Below, one piece after another: positions 31,243-46,100 of a DNA stretch of 64,000 nucleotides. A program made the position numbers and the translations under genes. The stretch comes from Eledone cirrhosa. Taxonomy: Eukaryota. How positions within the stretch are numbered: the stretch's first letter is position 1; every line of letters begins with the position of its first letter. The notes below the pieces were generated by a model. That model saw nothing but the letters and a program-made list of their open reading frames with translations. It was not told the origin of the DNA and did not search any database. The stretch lies in assembly GCA_964016885.1 (NCBI GenBank), contig OZ024742.1, positions 22,940,001-23,004,000 on the forward strand, read 5' to 3'.

Positions 31243-32107
31243 GTATTTAAAACTGTTTCAATAGAAAATGTATTAGAAATGATGTTATAACCAATGAAAA
31301 ACAATTTAGTTTAAGGCAAAGAAGTTATCTATAGATATATTAAGTTCATGTCTCCAAAACCCCTAACTATGTGGATACAAGAAAACCTTTTATAAACATT
31401 GGAAAGGCTTCTGGAACTCACATCGTTGCATATAGAACTGAGGATGAAAAGAGATTGCCATACTATGTGATACATCATTTCTGTTTTTCTCGAGACAAAT
31501 GTGAAATAAAGACACTTTAATATTAAAGTAATGTTTACATAAACCAAACAATAACGAGGTTATTATGTTGTTACATAGTTAACTTGATTTATATCTAAAG
31601 TTCAGTAAACATCGCCTAAAACACCAAAATTATTTTAGCTTTATAAATTATTAATGTATATTGTATGTTCATGAATATACAGAGTAGTTATTTTTTTAAT
31701 ATATACCGATGATGATACTATATCTTGCTGAGTCAATGTATAGACTATCTGGTGAAGAAAGAATCGCCGACTAGTCTATATCGCATAATTAGTACTAGGT
31801 TTTATTACTGGCTGGTATCGCCTAATCTACAATTATAGCAATAACTCATTCTAGGAGATGTAAGGTTTCAATATATGGTACAGCTCACAAATGGAAACTG
31901 TAGGAGTATTGTGTAATTGTCCAATATATTCCAAGGTGATTGAGCGGACTTCAAAGTTTACTCAGTGTATATAGTAAAGACATGTGACTTCCCATAGATT
32001 ACTCTGATCCAAATTCCATCCTGTTCAGGCATACAACGATATTTGCCTAAGTCAATATTTGCCCAACTGACACCTTAAATAATAATTTACTCTGAATATA
32101 TTTTATA

Positions 32108-32868
32108 CTAGCAGTGGTACCCGGCGTTGCACGCGATAAGGTATTTTAGAACGCGGGCCGCCAACAGACCTAATCGTGGAAAAACTGCATGCCTGGACAA
32201 TATGTAAAGAAAATAAACCGAATACTCTGATGGCTGGATAATCTTTAAGATTTCCTCGATGAAGCAGGAAAAATGCAGGTTTTCACCTAATGCGGGCCCT
32301 AGGGAATCAAGAAAATAATTTGTTTTTATGTGGATAATATGCCTTGAAATTTCGGGAAAATCGGCTAGACGTAACGCCGCAAAAAGGCCCTAAAAGCTGA
32401 AAAATGAAGTGTTTCACCTAATGCGGGCCCTAGGAGATCGAAAAGTGTTATGTGCATAACACTCCCTGAAACATAAGTAATACACATGTAAAGTTTGAAA
32501 AAAATCGGTTGGGTACTTCTCGAGATTTAGGGATACAAACTCACACACGCACACACACACACAGACATCCTCAGGGAAGTGACGTAATGCAGACAGCCAG
32601 ACATACATACATATATTATAAGGGCGCGACGTTATATGTATGTATGTATCTAAAAAGAGAATGACTAAGAATTATAGAGAGAGATCGCTAAATCGCCCAA
32701 TGCGGTCCCTAGGGCATTGAAAATTTGAAATTTTGTCTGCTCGGAACACTTCCTGATACATAAGTATTATGTTTAAAGTTTGAAAACAGTCGGTTGGGTG
32801 GTTCTCGAGTTTTAGGGATACAAACCCACACACACACAGGCAGGCATCCTCAGTTTTATATATATAGA
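32108..32868 (-). mobile_element. Non-autonomous Helitron with internal duplications
   Basis: Minus strand starts TCTATATATATAAAACTGAGGATG and ends GCGTGCAACGCCGGGTACCACTGCTAG, in an A/T target. The ends resemble 13583-13922. Confidence 0.8.
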
Positions 32869-33844
32869 TATACGTTAAGAGAAACTGCTATATGAGATCT
32901 GTCGCCACCCATTTCAACCGGTTGTAATGTCAATCAACTAGCTAGTATATAAGATGGAAATACGGCTAGATGTAAGTATGTATATCCGGATAACTTTGTG
33001 TCATTTATTGAAACATTTCACTATGAAAGGGGAATATGAGCCAATGCCAGAAGGAACGTGGCAGAATCCATTTATTTTGAGTATCATACAAAGGGAACTT
33101 CTTGCTCTTTCACTCATTCATTGTACCTTGTTGTTAGTTACACGCATCACATTGACACAGCTTGCCTTACTGTGATACATGTGTGATACTGATTCTTTTG
33201 GCGTCTTGCAGCCGTATCGAAAGCATTAAAATCCCCTTTATACACATTAGATATTACAATTGTCATGTATTATATAATTGTTTGATTGCAAGGCATTTAG
33301 ACTCCGTAGTTATGTTGTATTTTATCCCAGGAAACTTCCATTTCAGTTGATATAAAAGATGTAAACATACTTCACAGGAGATATCCGTTGAAACTAAACT
33401 GATGCCACAATTTAAAGAGTTGAGATGTCGCTACAGTAAGATATGTAAGGGGACTAAAATATTAAGAATTAAGTGTTTGACAGACGTACATAAAGGTCCA
33501 TTCCATCTCCGTAACAATCCTAGGCCAGTTACAATATATAGGCACCCAGAGCTGGAATCTGACAATATATGAAATGTAAGCATCTTCTCGAAATGCTTAT
33601 TCAGTGCTCATCTTATGAATGTTACGGATATGCGAGCGTGTCCTATGACGCCGAAATTTGTTTGTTCTAACTCATATGATTCCAGTTCCCCAGAGGAATA
33701 ACAACACAACCAGGAGCCGGACGTATCGATGTATCGATAGAGTAAAACACACTTCAGCAACATGATGGCTGTCACCGAAATATATATAGCAGTATATCTA
33801 TAATTTATAATAAACATAGCCAAATTTGACATATTTGACTTAAT

Positions 33845-33897
<53 letters not shown>

Positions 33898-34311
33898 TAT
33901 ATATAATAATATTATTTATATTTATATATACACTATATATAATTATGAACAGGAAAGGTCAGTAATTCACCTTATTACCAGAAAGAAAACTACCTCAATG
34001 TAAATACATCAGATGTTTTACAGAGCAGGAATATAAATTACACAATAATCAAAATTATGTTCAAAACATTTTATTGCTGAGAATCGTTTCTTCCAAACTT
34101 TCGATTGTGTTCATCGGAGCAGTAGCAACGATTGAGCATATAATTAACTTCCTATGCGACTGAACCATCATAGAGCTACTAATGTTGTCATCAACAGTTT
34201 CATATTTACAGAGTTGAGTGGATGTGACAGAGATTACAAGAGAATATATATGTATATATATATATATATATATATACATATGTATATATATACATATGTA
34301 TATATATATAC

Positions 34312-34394
<83 letters not shown>

Positions 34395-35052
34395 TAAACG
34401 GAATAGAAAATGCTGACAAATTGTTCACAGTTGAAAAATAGTTTAATTAGGAATAAAAGAGTATTAGTGATTGTATTGGTTAGTATTCAGTTTTGGTTTT
34501 AAGTTTTTACCGGTTGCGCATTTCTAAATGCTTTTCAAAAATAATTTTGAGATAGAGCGTCCGTGTTGTTTGCTCTGATCAGAGCAAACTAGGAACAGGC
34601 AAGGCAGATCATAACTCGCCGCCCATGTAGCAATAATTCTGGCGACAGAATTAAGGTGAGTGACAGCCCACGCCTGAATGGAAATAGACAGTGGGCAGTT
34701 TTGAATGGTCAAAGATACAGATGACGACTCGAACTCTTGACCAATGGATGGGCCGCGTAAACAAGATGATGACAGATGGAGGAAATTCAAAGGGACAGAA
34801 CAGATCAGACAGAAGATTTGCTTCTAAGTCGCTAGACGCATCTGAGGAATTTGCGAATCCAAAGTCAGGTTCGATCCACAAATAGATCGGATCTCGAGCT
34901 GTTCGCCGGAGCAACAATTGTAATACGTTAATAAATTGTGTTTTGATGCATCACTGATTCTTCGTTTTCCATATTATTATACTCTGCTCTGAAGGAGCAT
35001 AGAGTGCTTAACCGGCATCCCGCCTATGGACGCATCCAAGCAACCTTACTAC

Positions 35053-35092
<40 letters not shown>

Positions 35093-35735
35093 GTAGTGTA
35101 TATAATTTGCTCGTACGCAACAGAAAAATTGCAAAGAAATCGAGAATTTCATGACGCCTGATATTGTAGGCCTTTTATAACCAGGCCACTTGCTTCATCC
35201 TCTAAATTTGCAGCCTACATATCAGATGTAGTACTAACAGGTTGCGATCCAAAAAGAGGTTGGATGAGATAACCGTTAAACTTACAAACAATCTGTGTTT
35301 TACCTTTGTTATATTATCATATATTTCCCCAGGATTCACCCTCTCCCTATATACAGCTTTGTCCACGCCATAATATGAACACTTAATATTTGAGAGCTAT
35401 CCAAATTGAATACATATATTGCTGTAATAAGGATTTTGAAATGAAAGAGACTTTTTGTTTTAATATCAAGCCACTCCAGACTTATATGTAATTATCCAAA
35501 AGAACATAATATAAGTTCAGTGACAGCTAGGTCAAAAAATGTCGAGTTCTCACGTCTGTGTGCTGCTAGCATGAATAACCTTATATAAATAAATTATGAC
35601 TAAAACAATAACATAATTAGACATACACATCCAAATGTACCTACACATACATACATACACACACACATACACACAAACACATTATTATATATATAATATA
35701 TATATAAATACACACATATATATATATATATTATA

Positions 35736-35801
<66 letters not shown>

Positions 35802-36624
35802 GGTGTGTGTGTGTGTGTGTGTGTTTGTGTGTATGTATGTATCTGTGTTCGTTTATTTGTATGTGTGTGTACAGAGGGACGGTTGAAGTAGACTAATAGC
35901 CGAAACTAAGCAACAATACAGACGAACAAAAAAAAAAGAACAACAACAAATAAAAAAATAGAAAAGCTACTATCTGTGTAAGGACACAGTATATAACATA
36001 AATAGACAGAAACCAATAAAGAAGCAAAATACAAACACACAACCAGAAATTATTCATTACATACAAATGCATAAATATATACACAAATACATATGTAAGA
36101 TGATTGTGGAACATATGGCTGTCTAACTGATAGAGGTCTCTGAAATATATATATAAGTAAAATGTCAATAACAATTAAATAGTATATAAGCAGATGTTTT
36201 TCTGGTGAAATTACGCAGAGAAAATATAATTTTTGCGAATATATATAACGGCGGAATGAATGAATTTTTAGACAATAAAATAGACAAATTAAATGTCGTT
36301 TCTGCCTAAAGCGGTAGGAATGTTGACACAGTACATGACTGGTGGTGAAGAAGAAATGTAAATTGATATTTTGGCAATTGAATAATGTCATTCAAGCAGT
36401 AAATATGGTAAAATATCACAGACTACAGTCTATTTTCTATGTTAAAATACTAGGCTGAAAATATTTGCTTTGGCATTAGTTGTTTTGAAATTCAAACTGG
36501 CGAGACGACTTTTCCGTCGACCTGCTCGAGAGAACAGTTGAATCACCTTCAAATCACATGCTACAGCTTGTATTGCAGGATACTCTACAAAAAAAAAACA
36601 ATAAATAAATAATAATAATAACAA

Positions 36625-37536
36625 TGGTTTCCGATTTAGGCACGAGGCAAAAAGGTGTTGCTGGTGGGAGGGGAACGTGGATTAAATCGAGCCAGTGCAT
36701 CACTGGTTCTTTATTTTATCGACCACGCAAGGATAAATGGCAAAGCTAACCGCGGTGGGATTTGAACTCAGAATGTAAAGGGCCGTAACTCTATGTCACG
36801 AAGCAGCGTCTCGGACGCTCTACAAATATGGCCAATTCACCGACCTTAATAGCAGTAATTATTATTTCTACTATAGGCACAAGACCAGCAATTTTAGGGA
36901 AGGAAAAAGTCGATTTTATCGAATCCCAGTGTATTACCGAAACTTTATTTTATCAAACTCGTAAGGATGAAAGGCAATGCTAACCTCGGCGGAATTTGAA
37001 CTCAGACCGTAAGGGGCCGTAACTCTATGTTGCTAAGCATGGCGTCCGAGCCTCTACCGATACTGACAATCCATCGCTCTTACTAATAATGATTTCTAGT
37101 ATAGGCACAAGGCCAGTAATTTGGGGTCAGGGTAAAGTCGATTAAATGGACCCCAGTACGTTACTGGTGCTTTATTTTATCGACCCCGTAAGGATGAAAG
37201 GCAAAGTTAACCTCGGCCGGATTTGAAACCAGACCGTAAAGGGCCATAACTCTATGCTACTAAGAATACCGTCCGATCCACTGCTGATACTGCCAATTCA
37301 CCACCCCCACTAATAATAATGGTTTCTTATATAGGCACAAGGCCAGTCATTTAGGGGAAGGGTAAAGTCGATTAAATCGACCCAGTATGTGACTGGTACT
37401 TTATTTGATCGACCCCGTAAGAATGAAAGGTAAAGTTAACCTCGGCCGGATTTGAACTCAGACCGTAAAGGGCCGTAACTCTATGTTGCTAAGCATGGTG
37501 TCCGACCCTCTACCGATACTGCCAATCCACCGCCCT
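36625..37536 (-). mobile_element. Tandem array of four family A SINEs (long form), ~230-bp period
   Basis: Units at ~36625-36846, 36862-37079, 37089-37305 and 37319-37535, each with boxes and core, separated by TAATAAT tails. Confidence 0.9.
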
Positions 37537-37905
37537 CACTAATAATAATACATTGAGAAAGGCGAGTTAATGTCTTAAACGCTTTTTATAGTTCTAATTT
37601 CTCAGACACTTACATGAGTTGTATATGATTCTCAATTGCAGTAACATGGTTTTAGTGATATATCATTGCTGAGGGCAAATTCTGTTTCCGTTTTAAGGGT
37701 CTTCGCCGTATTTTATAAGCTATTTTTATAGCATCTCCGCGCACGACCACACCACACTTTATATCAACAGCAACCACCTGGGGTCGATACAATCGAATTT
37801 AACCACTCCAAAAATGAGTGGCCTCGTGCCTAAATAAGAAACCATTATTCTAGTCTTTATACAAGTCTTTTCTGGTATATATTGTGTCTAACATTTACCT
37901 TTAAT

Positions 37906-37955
37906 TCTTGTCTGATGACCCTATGATAAACAGGCGAAACTGAAGAGCAACAAGA
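37906..37955 (+). ncRNA. Type I hammerhead motif with two likely inactivating substitutions; inverted partial copy at 37960-38010
   Basis: TCTTGT-CTGATGA-CCCT..AGGC-GAAAC(TGAAGA)GC-A^ACAAGA. 6-bp stem I; the cleavage triplet is GCA instead of GTA, and stem II opens with a C-C mismatch. Confidence 0.65.
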
Positions 37956-38017
37956 CTGACAGTTTAGCTTTAACAATTTTTATCTCAGGGTCATCAGACA
38001 GGAACTAAAATATCAAT

Positions 38018-38056
<39 letters not shown>

Positions 38057-38358
38057 ATGTGTGTGTGTGTGTGTGAGGTGTGTGTATGTGTGAATGTGTG
38101 TGTATGTGAGGTGTGTGTATATGTGTGTGTGTGTATGTGTGTGTGTGTGTATCGATATTGACGTGTATAGATACTATTTAATATAGCTCCGATATGATTA
38201 GCTATTTTCCGGTTTACATGCATTTAAAGTTTTAATTTATGGATCAATTTGCGGAGAGTAGATATAATAGCATCGGACCGTAACCGTCCGTCCCTATGAT
38301 TGGGATAAATATGAATCCTTTTTTTTTTCGGATATATGTTAATGCTTAGTTAAATAAT

Positions 38359-38543
38359 TGTTTCTACTTTAGGCACAAGGCCAGCAATTACCCAGTGCAT
38401 TACTGGTACTTTATTTTATCGACCCCGTAAGGATGAAAGGCAAAGTCAACCTCAGCGGGATTTGAACTCAGATCGTAAAGGGACGTAACTATGCTGGAAA
38501 GCATGGCGTCCGACCCTCTACCGATACTGCCAATCCACCGCTC
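38359..38543 (-). mobile_element. Family A SINE, short form, with a 16-bp TSD
   Basis: TGCTTAGTTAAATAAT at 38343-38358 and 38550-38565 flanks a full SINE. Confidence 0.9.
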
Positions 38544-38818
38544 TTGGATTGCTTAGTTAAATAATGAAACTAACCTTTGACACGAGCTGCAGTGAGAGGT
38601 AAGAAGAAGACAAGAAATATCATGGCACACTGAATCAAAACAAACTATGCTGTAGTCGATACACATGGTGAAATGAGTTTATAAGACAAACATTGTTCAG
38701 TGAAATAAAAACAAAACCTGAACAAAAACAAATAATTGAAGATGACAATATTCAAATTATTATGTACGAAGATTATATATTTTATAACATAAATAACAGC
38801 AATAACCACAATAACAGT

Positions 38819-38900
<82 letters not shown>

Positions 38901-38903
38901 ACA

Positions 38904-38944
<41 letters not shown>

Positions 38945-39131
38945 ACACACACACACACACACAGAGTCACTGGGGATATACGTTAACAACAACAACTAGC
39001 TAGAACTGTTCTCTCTTAGATAACCGGGGACAACACAGCAACCACTACAGTACGAAAACTATACACTTACAGAGTTTGGGGCCCCTTCATACTCAAAAGA
39101 AAAAAAAAGAGAATACTCAACGAACCCACAC

Positions 39132-42100
39132 ATGTTACATATCAAAGTTACCTTGGCGCAAGTAATTGGAATTGAAAAGTTATACATACAGGTATTAAAT
39201 TAAAAATGTCTAACCATTGTAATACTAAAAAGCCCAGCTGAGGGTACAAATGAATTGCTACGGCCGTTAACCAACAGGAGCTTCAAGAACAACAACAACA
39301 AACCAATGTCAATGACAACACTGCCATCAACAACACCACCAACAATAGCACCAACAATAGTACCAACAACAGAACCAACAACAAACACCAACAACACCAG
39401 CAAAACCACCAACAACAGCAACACCAACAATAGCACCAACAACAACACCAACAACACCACCAACAACAGCAACAATAGCACCAACAACAGCACCAACACT
39501 AAAAACAACACCAACAACAACAACACCAACAATACCACCAAACAACAACAACACCAACAACAACACCACCACCACCAACAACAACAACAAAACCAACAAC
39601 AACACCAACAACAGCAACACCAACAACAACACCACCAACAACAACAACAACAACACCAACAACAACACCAATAACAACACCAATAACAACACCAACAATA
39701 CCACCAAAAACAACAACACCAACAACAACACCAACATCAACACCAACAACACCAATAACAACTATACCAACAACAACAACAACAGCACCAACAACAACAA
39801 CATCAACAACAACACCAACAACAATAACAACATCAACAACAACACCAACAACAACACCAACAACAACACCAACAATACAACCAACAACAACAACACCAAC
39901 AACAACACCAACAACAACACAAACAATACCACCAACAACAACAACAACATCAACAACAACACCAACAATACCACCAACAACAACAACACCAGCAACAACA
40001 CCAACAATACCACCACCAACAACAACACCAACAACAACAGAAACAACAACACCAACAATAACAACAACAACACCACCAACACCAACACCAACAACAACAA
40101 CAACACCAACAACACCAACAACAACACCAACAACAACATCAACAATACCACCACCAACAACACCAACAACAACACCAATAACAACACCAATAACAACACC
40201 AACAATACCACCAAAAACAACAACACCAACAACAACACCAACATCAACACCAACAACACCAATAACAACTATACCAACAACAACAACAACTGCACCAACA
40301 ACAACAACATCAACAACAACACCAACAACAATAACAACATCAACAACAACACCAACAACAACACCAACAACAACACCAACAATACAACCAACAACAACAA
40401 CACCAACAACAACAGCAACAACAACACCAACAATAACAACAACAACACCACCAACACCAACACCAACAACAACAACAACACCAACAACACCAACAACAAC
40501 ACCAACAACAACATCAACAATACCACCACCAACAACACCAACAACAACACCAATAACAACACCAATAACAACACCAACAATACCACCAAAAACAACAACA
40601 CCAACAACAACACCAACATCAACACCAACAACACCAATAACAACTATACCAACAACAACAACAACAGCACCAACAACAACAACATCAACAACAACACCAA
40701 CAACAATAACAACATCAACAACAACACCAACAACAACACCAACAACAACACCAACAATACAACCAACAACAACAACACCAACAACAACACCAACAACAAC
40801 ACAAACAATAACACCAACAACAACAACAACATCAACAACAACACCAACAATAACACCAACAACAACAACACCAGCAACAACGCCAACAATACCACCACCA
40901 ACAACAACACCAACAACAACAGCAACAACAACACCAACAATAACAACAACAACACCACCAACACCAACACCAACAACAACAACAACACCAACAACACCAA
41001 CAACAACACCAACAACAACATCAACAATACCACCACCAACAACACCAACAACAACACCAATAACAACACCAATAACAACAACACCAACAACAACACCAAC
41101 AACAACACCACCAACAACAACAGCAAAAACACCACCACCAACAACACCACCAACCACAACCACAACAACAACACCAACAACAGCACCAACAACAACTACA
41201 TCAACAACAACACCAACAGTACCACTACCAACAACAAGACCGATAACAACAACACCAACAACACCAACAACGACACCAACAACAACACAACAACAACACC
41301 AGAAACCGACACCAACAACAACACCAACAACAACACCAACAGCAGCACCAACAACAACACCAACAGCAACACCAACAACAACATCAACACCAACAACAAC
41401 ACCAACAACAACACCAACACCAACAACATCAACAACAACACCAACAACAACACAACCATCAACACCAACAATACCACCAACAACAACACCAACAACAACA
41501 CCAACAGCAACACAAACAACAACACCACCAACAACAGCAACAATAGCAACAACAACAACAACACCAAGAACAACACCAACAACACCAACACCTCCAACAA
41601 CAACAACAACAACACCAACAACACCACCAACAACAACTCCAACACAACAGCAACAACAGCAACAACAACACCAAAAACAACACTAACAACAACAGCAACA
41701 ACACCAACAACAACAACACCAACAACAACACCACCAACAACATCAACAAGAACAACACTAACAACAACACCAACAACAACACCAACAACAACACCAACAA
41801 CAATACCAACAACAACACCTACAACAGCACCAACAGCAACACCTACAATACCACCACCAACAACAACAGCAACAACACCACCACCACCATCAACAACAAT
41901 TGCAATAAAACTACCACCAACAACACCAACAACAACACCAACACCAACACCAACAACTACACCGCCAACAACACCAACAACAACAACATCAACAACAACA
42001 CCAACAACAACACCAACAACAACAACATCAACAACAACACCAACAATACCACCAACAACACCAATACCAACAACAACACCAATAACAACAACATCAACAA

Positions 42101-43149
42101 CACCAACAACAACACCAACAGCAACATCAACAACACCAACAATACCACCAACAACACAACATCACCAAAACCGACACCAACTACAACACCAACAACGACA
42201 CCAACAACAACACCAACAACAGCACCAACAACACCAACAACAACACCAACACCAACACCAACAACAACACCGCCAACAACACCAACAACAACAACATCAA
42301 CAACAACACAAACAACAAAACCAACAACAACACCAACAACACCAACAACAACACCAACATACCACCAACAACACCAATACCAACAACAACACCAATAACA
42401 ACAATATCAACAACAACACCAACAACAACACCAACAACAACCACATCAACAACAACACCAACAATACCACCAACAACAACAACACCAACAACAAAACCAA
42501 TAACAACAAAATCAAAAACAACACCAACAACAACACCATCAACAACAACACCAACAATAACTCCAACAACAACAACAACAACAACACCAATAACAACAAC
42601 ACCGACAACAACACAATAGCAACAACACCAATAACAACACCAACACCAACATCAACACCAACAACAGCACCAACAACAACAACAACAACACCAACAGCAA
42701 CGCCAACAACAACACCATCAACAACACCAACACCATCAACAATACCAACAACAACACCAACAACAACACCAACAATAACAGCAACAACAACAACACCAAC
42801 AACAACACCAACAACAACACCAACAACAACACCAATAACAACAGCACCAACAACAACAGCAACAACATCACCAACAACAACACAACAACATCACCAACAA
42901 CAACAACACCAAAAACAACGCCAAAAATACCACCAGCAACAACAACACCAACAACACCACCAACAACACCATCAACAACAACACCAACAAAAACAGCAAT
43001 GACACCAACATCAACAACAACACCAACAACAACCCCAATAACACCAACATCAACAACAACACCAACAACAAAACCAATAACAACAAAATCAACAAAAACA
43101 CCAACAACAACACCATCAACAGCACCGACAACAACACCAACAACAACAC

Positions 43150-43182
<33 letters not shown>

Positions 43183-46100
43183 TAACACCAACAACAACAA
43201 CACCGACAACAACACAAATAACAACAACACCGATAACAACACAAATAAAAACAACACCAACAACAACAGAAACAACGACACCAATAACAACAACACCGAC
43301 AACACCAAAAACAACATCAACAACAACACCAACAACAACACCAACAACAACAACATCAACAACAACACCAACAATACCACCAACAACAACAACACCAACA
43401 ACAACACCAACAACAACACCAAAAACACCACCAACAAAAACACCAACAACAACACCAAAAACAACACCGATAACAATAACACCAACAACACCAACAACAA
43501 CACCACTAATACCAACAACACCACCAACAACAACACCAACAACAACACCAACAACAGCGCCAACAACAACAGCAACAATAACACCAACAATAACAACAAC
43601 AACACCACCAACACCAACAACAGCAACAACACCAACAACAACACCAACACAAACAACAGCGACAACAACAACAACCCCACCACCAACAACAACAACACTA
43701 ACAACAGCACTAACAACAACAATAACAACAACACTAACAACAACACCAACACCAACACCAACAACAACATCACCAACAACACCAACAACAACAAAATCAC
43801 CAACAACAACACAAACAATACCACTACCAACAACAACAACACCAACAACGACACCAACAAGGACACCAACAAAAACACAAATCACCACACCACCACCAAC
43901 AACAACACCAACAATAAAACTAACCACAACACCAACTACAGCGCCAACAACAACACCAACAACAACAACAACAACAACACCAACAACAACGCCAACAACA
44001 ACACCAACACCAACAACAACACCAACAACAGCACCAACAACACCCACAACAACACCGACAACAACACCAACACCAAAAACAACACCATCAACTACACCAA
44101 AAACAACACCAACAAAAACAGCAAAGACATCACCAACAACAACACCAACAACAACACCAATAACAACAACACCAACAACAACAGCAACAACATCGCCAAC
44201 AACAACTCCAACAACAACACCAGTAACAACAACACCAAAAACATCACCACCACCAACAACAACAACAACAACAACAACAACACCAACAATACCACCAACA
44301 ACACCACCAACAACACCCCCAACAACAACACCAACAACAACACCCATAACAACAACACCAACAACAACAGCAACAACATCGCCAACAACAACACCAATAA
44401 CAACACCCATAACAACAACACCAACAACATCACCACCACCACCAACAACAACAACAATACCACCAACAACACGACCAACAACACCACCAACAACAACACC
44501 AACAACAACACCAATAACAACAACATCAACAAGAACACCAACAACAAACACCAATAAGAGCAACAGCAACAACAACAACAACAACAACAACACCAACAAC
44601 AACAACACTAACAGCAACATTAGCAACAACAACACTAACAACAACACTAACAACAACACCATCACCAACACCAACAACAACAACAAAACCAACAACAGCA
44701 CCAATAAAAACAACACCAACAACAACACCAAAAACAACACCACTAACCACAACACCAACAACAACACCAACAACAACAGCACCAACAACAACAGCAACAC
44801 CAACAACAACAGCACCAACAACAACAACAACACACACAACAACACCAACTACAACAATACTAACAACAACACCAGCAACAACAACAGCACCAACAACAAC
44901 AACAACAACACCAACAACAAGACCACCAACAAAACCAACAACAACAACAGCACGAACAACACTACATACAGCAACAAGAACAACACCAACAATAACACCA
45001 ACAATACCACCAACAACACGACGAACAACAGCACCAACAACAACACCAACAACAACACCAACAATACCACCAACAACAACACCAACAACAACACCAACAA
45101 CAACACCAACAACAACACCATCAACAACACCAACAACACCACCAACAACAACACCAACAACAACACCAAAAACAACACCGATAACAACAACACCAACAAA
45201 ACCAACAACAACACCACTAATACCAACAACACCACTAATACCAACAACAACACCAATAACAACACCAACAACAACACCAACAACAGCCAACGCCAACAAC
45301 AACACCAACAACAACACCAACACCGACACCAACAACACCACCAACAAAAACACCAACAACAACACCAAAAACAACACCGATAACAATAACACCAACAACA
45401 CCAACAACAACACCACTAATACCAACAACACCACCAACAACAACACCAACAACAACACCAACAACAGCGCCAACAAAAACACCAACAACAACACCAACAC
45501 CGACACCAACAACAACAGCAACAATAACACCAACAATAACAACAACAACACCACCAACACCAACAACAGCAACAACACCAACAACAACACCAACACAAAC
45601 AACAGCGACAACAACAACAACCCCACCACCAACAACAACAACACTAACAACAGCACTAACAACAACAATAACAACAACACTAACAACAACACCAACACCA
45701 ACACCAACAACAACATCACCAACAACACCAACAACAACAAAATCACCAACAACAACACAAACAATACCACTACCAACAACAACAACACCAACAACGACAC
45801 CAACAAGGACACCAACAAAAACACAAATCACCACACCACCACCAACAACAACACCAACAATAAAACTAACCACAACACCAACTACAGCGCCAACAACAAC
45901 ACCAACAACAACACCAACAACAACACCAACAACAACGCCAACAACAACACCAACACCAACAACAACACCAACAACAGCACCAACAACACCCACAACAACA
46001 CCAACAACAACACCAACACCAAAAACAACACCATCAACTACACCAAAAACAACACCAACAAAAACAGCAACGACATCACCAACAACAACACCAACAACAA

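Noticed and set aside
33509-33577. Possible short minus-strand exon near 33.5 kb (SSSGCLYIVTGLGLLRRWNGPL)
   Set aside because: Splice-like ends exist, but there is no recognisable homology or partner exon. Coordinates are approximate.
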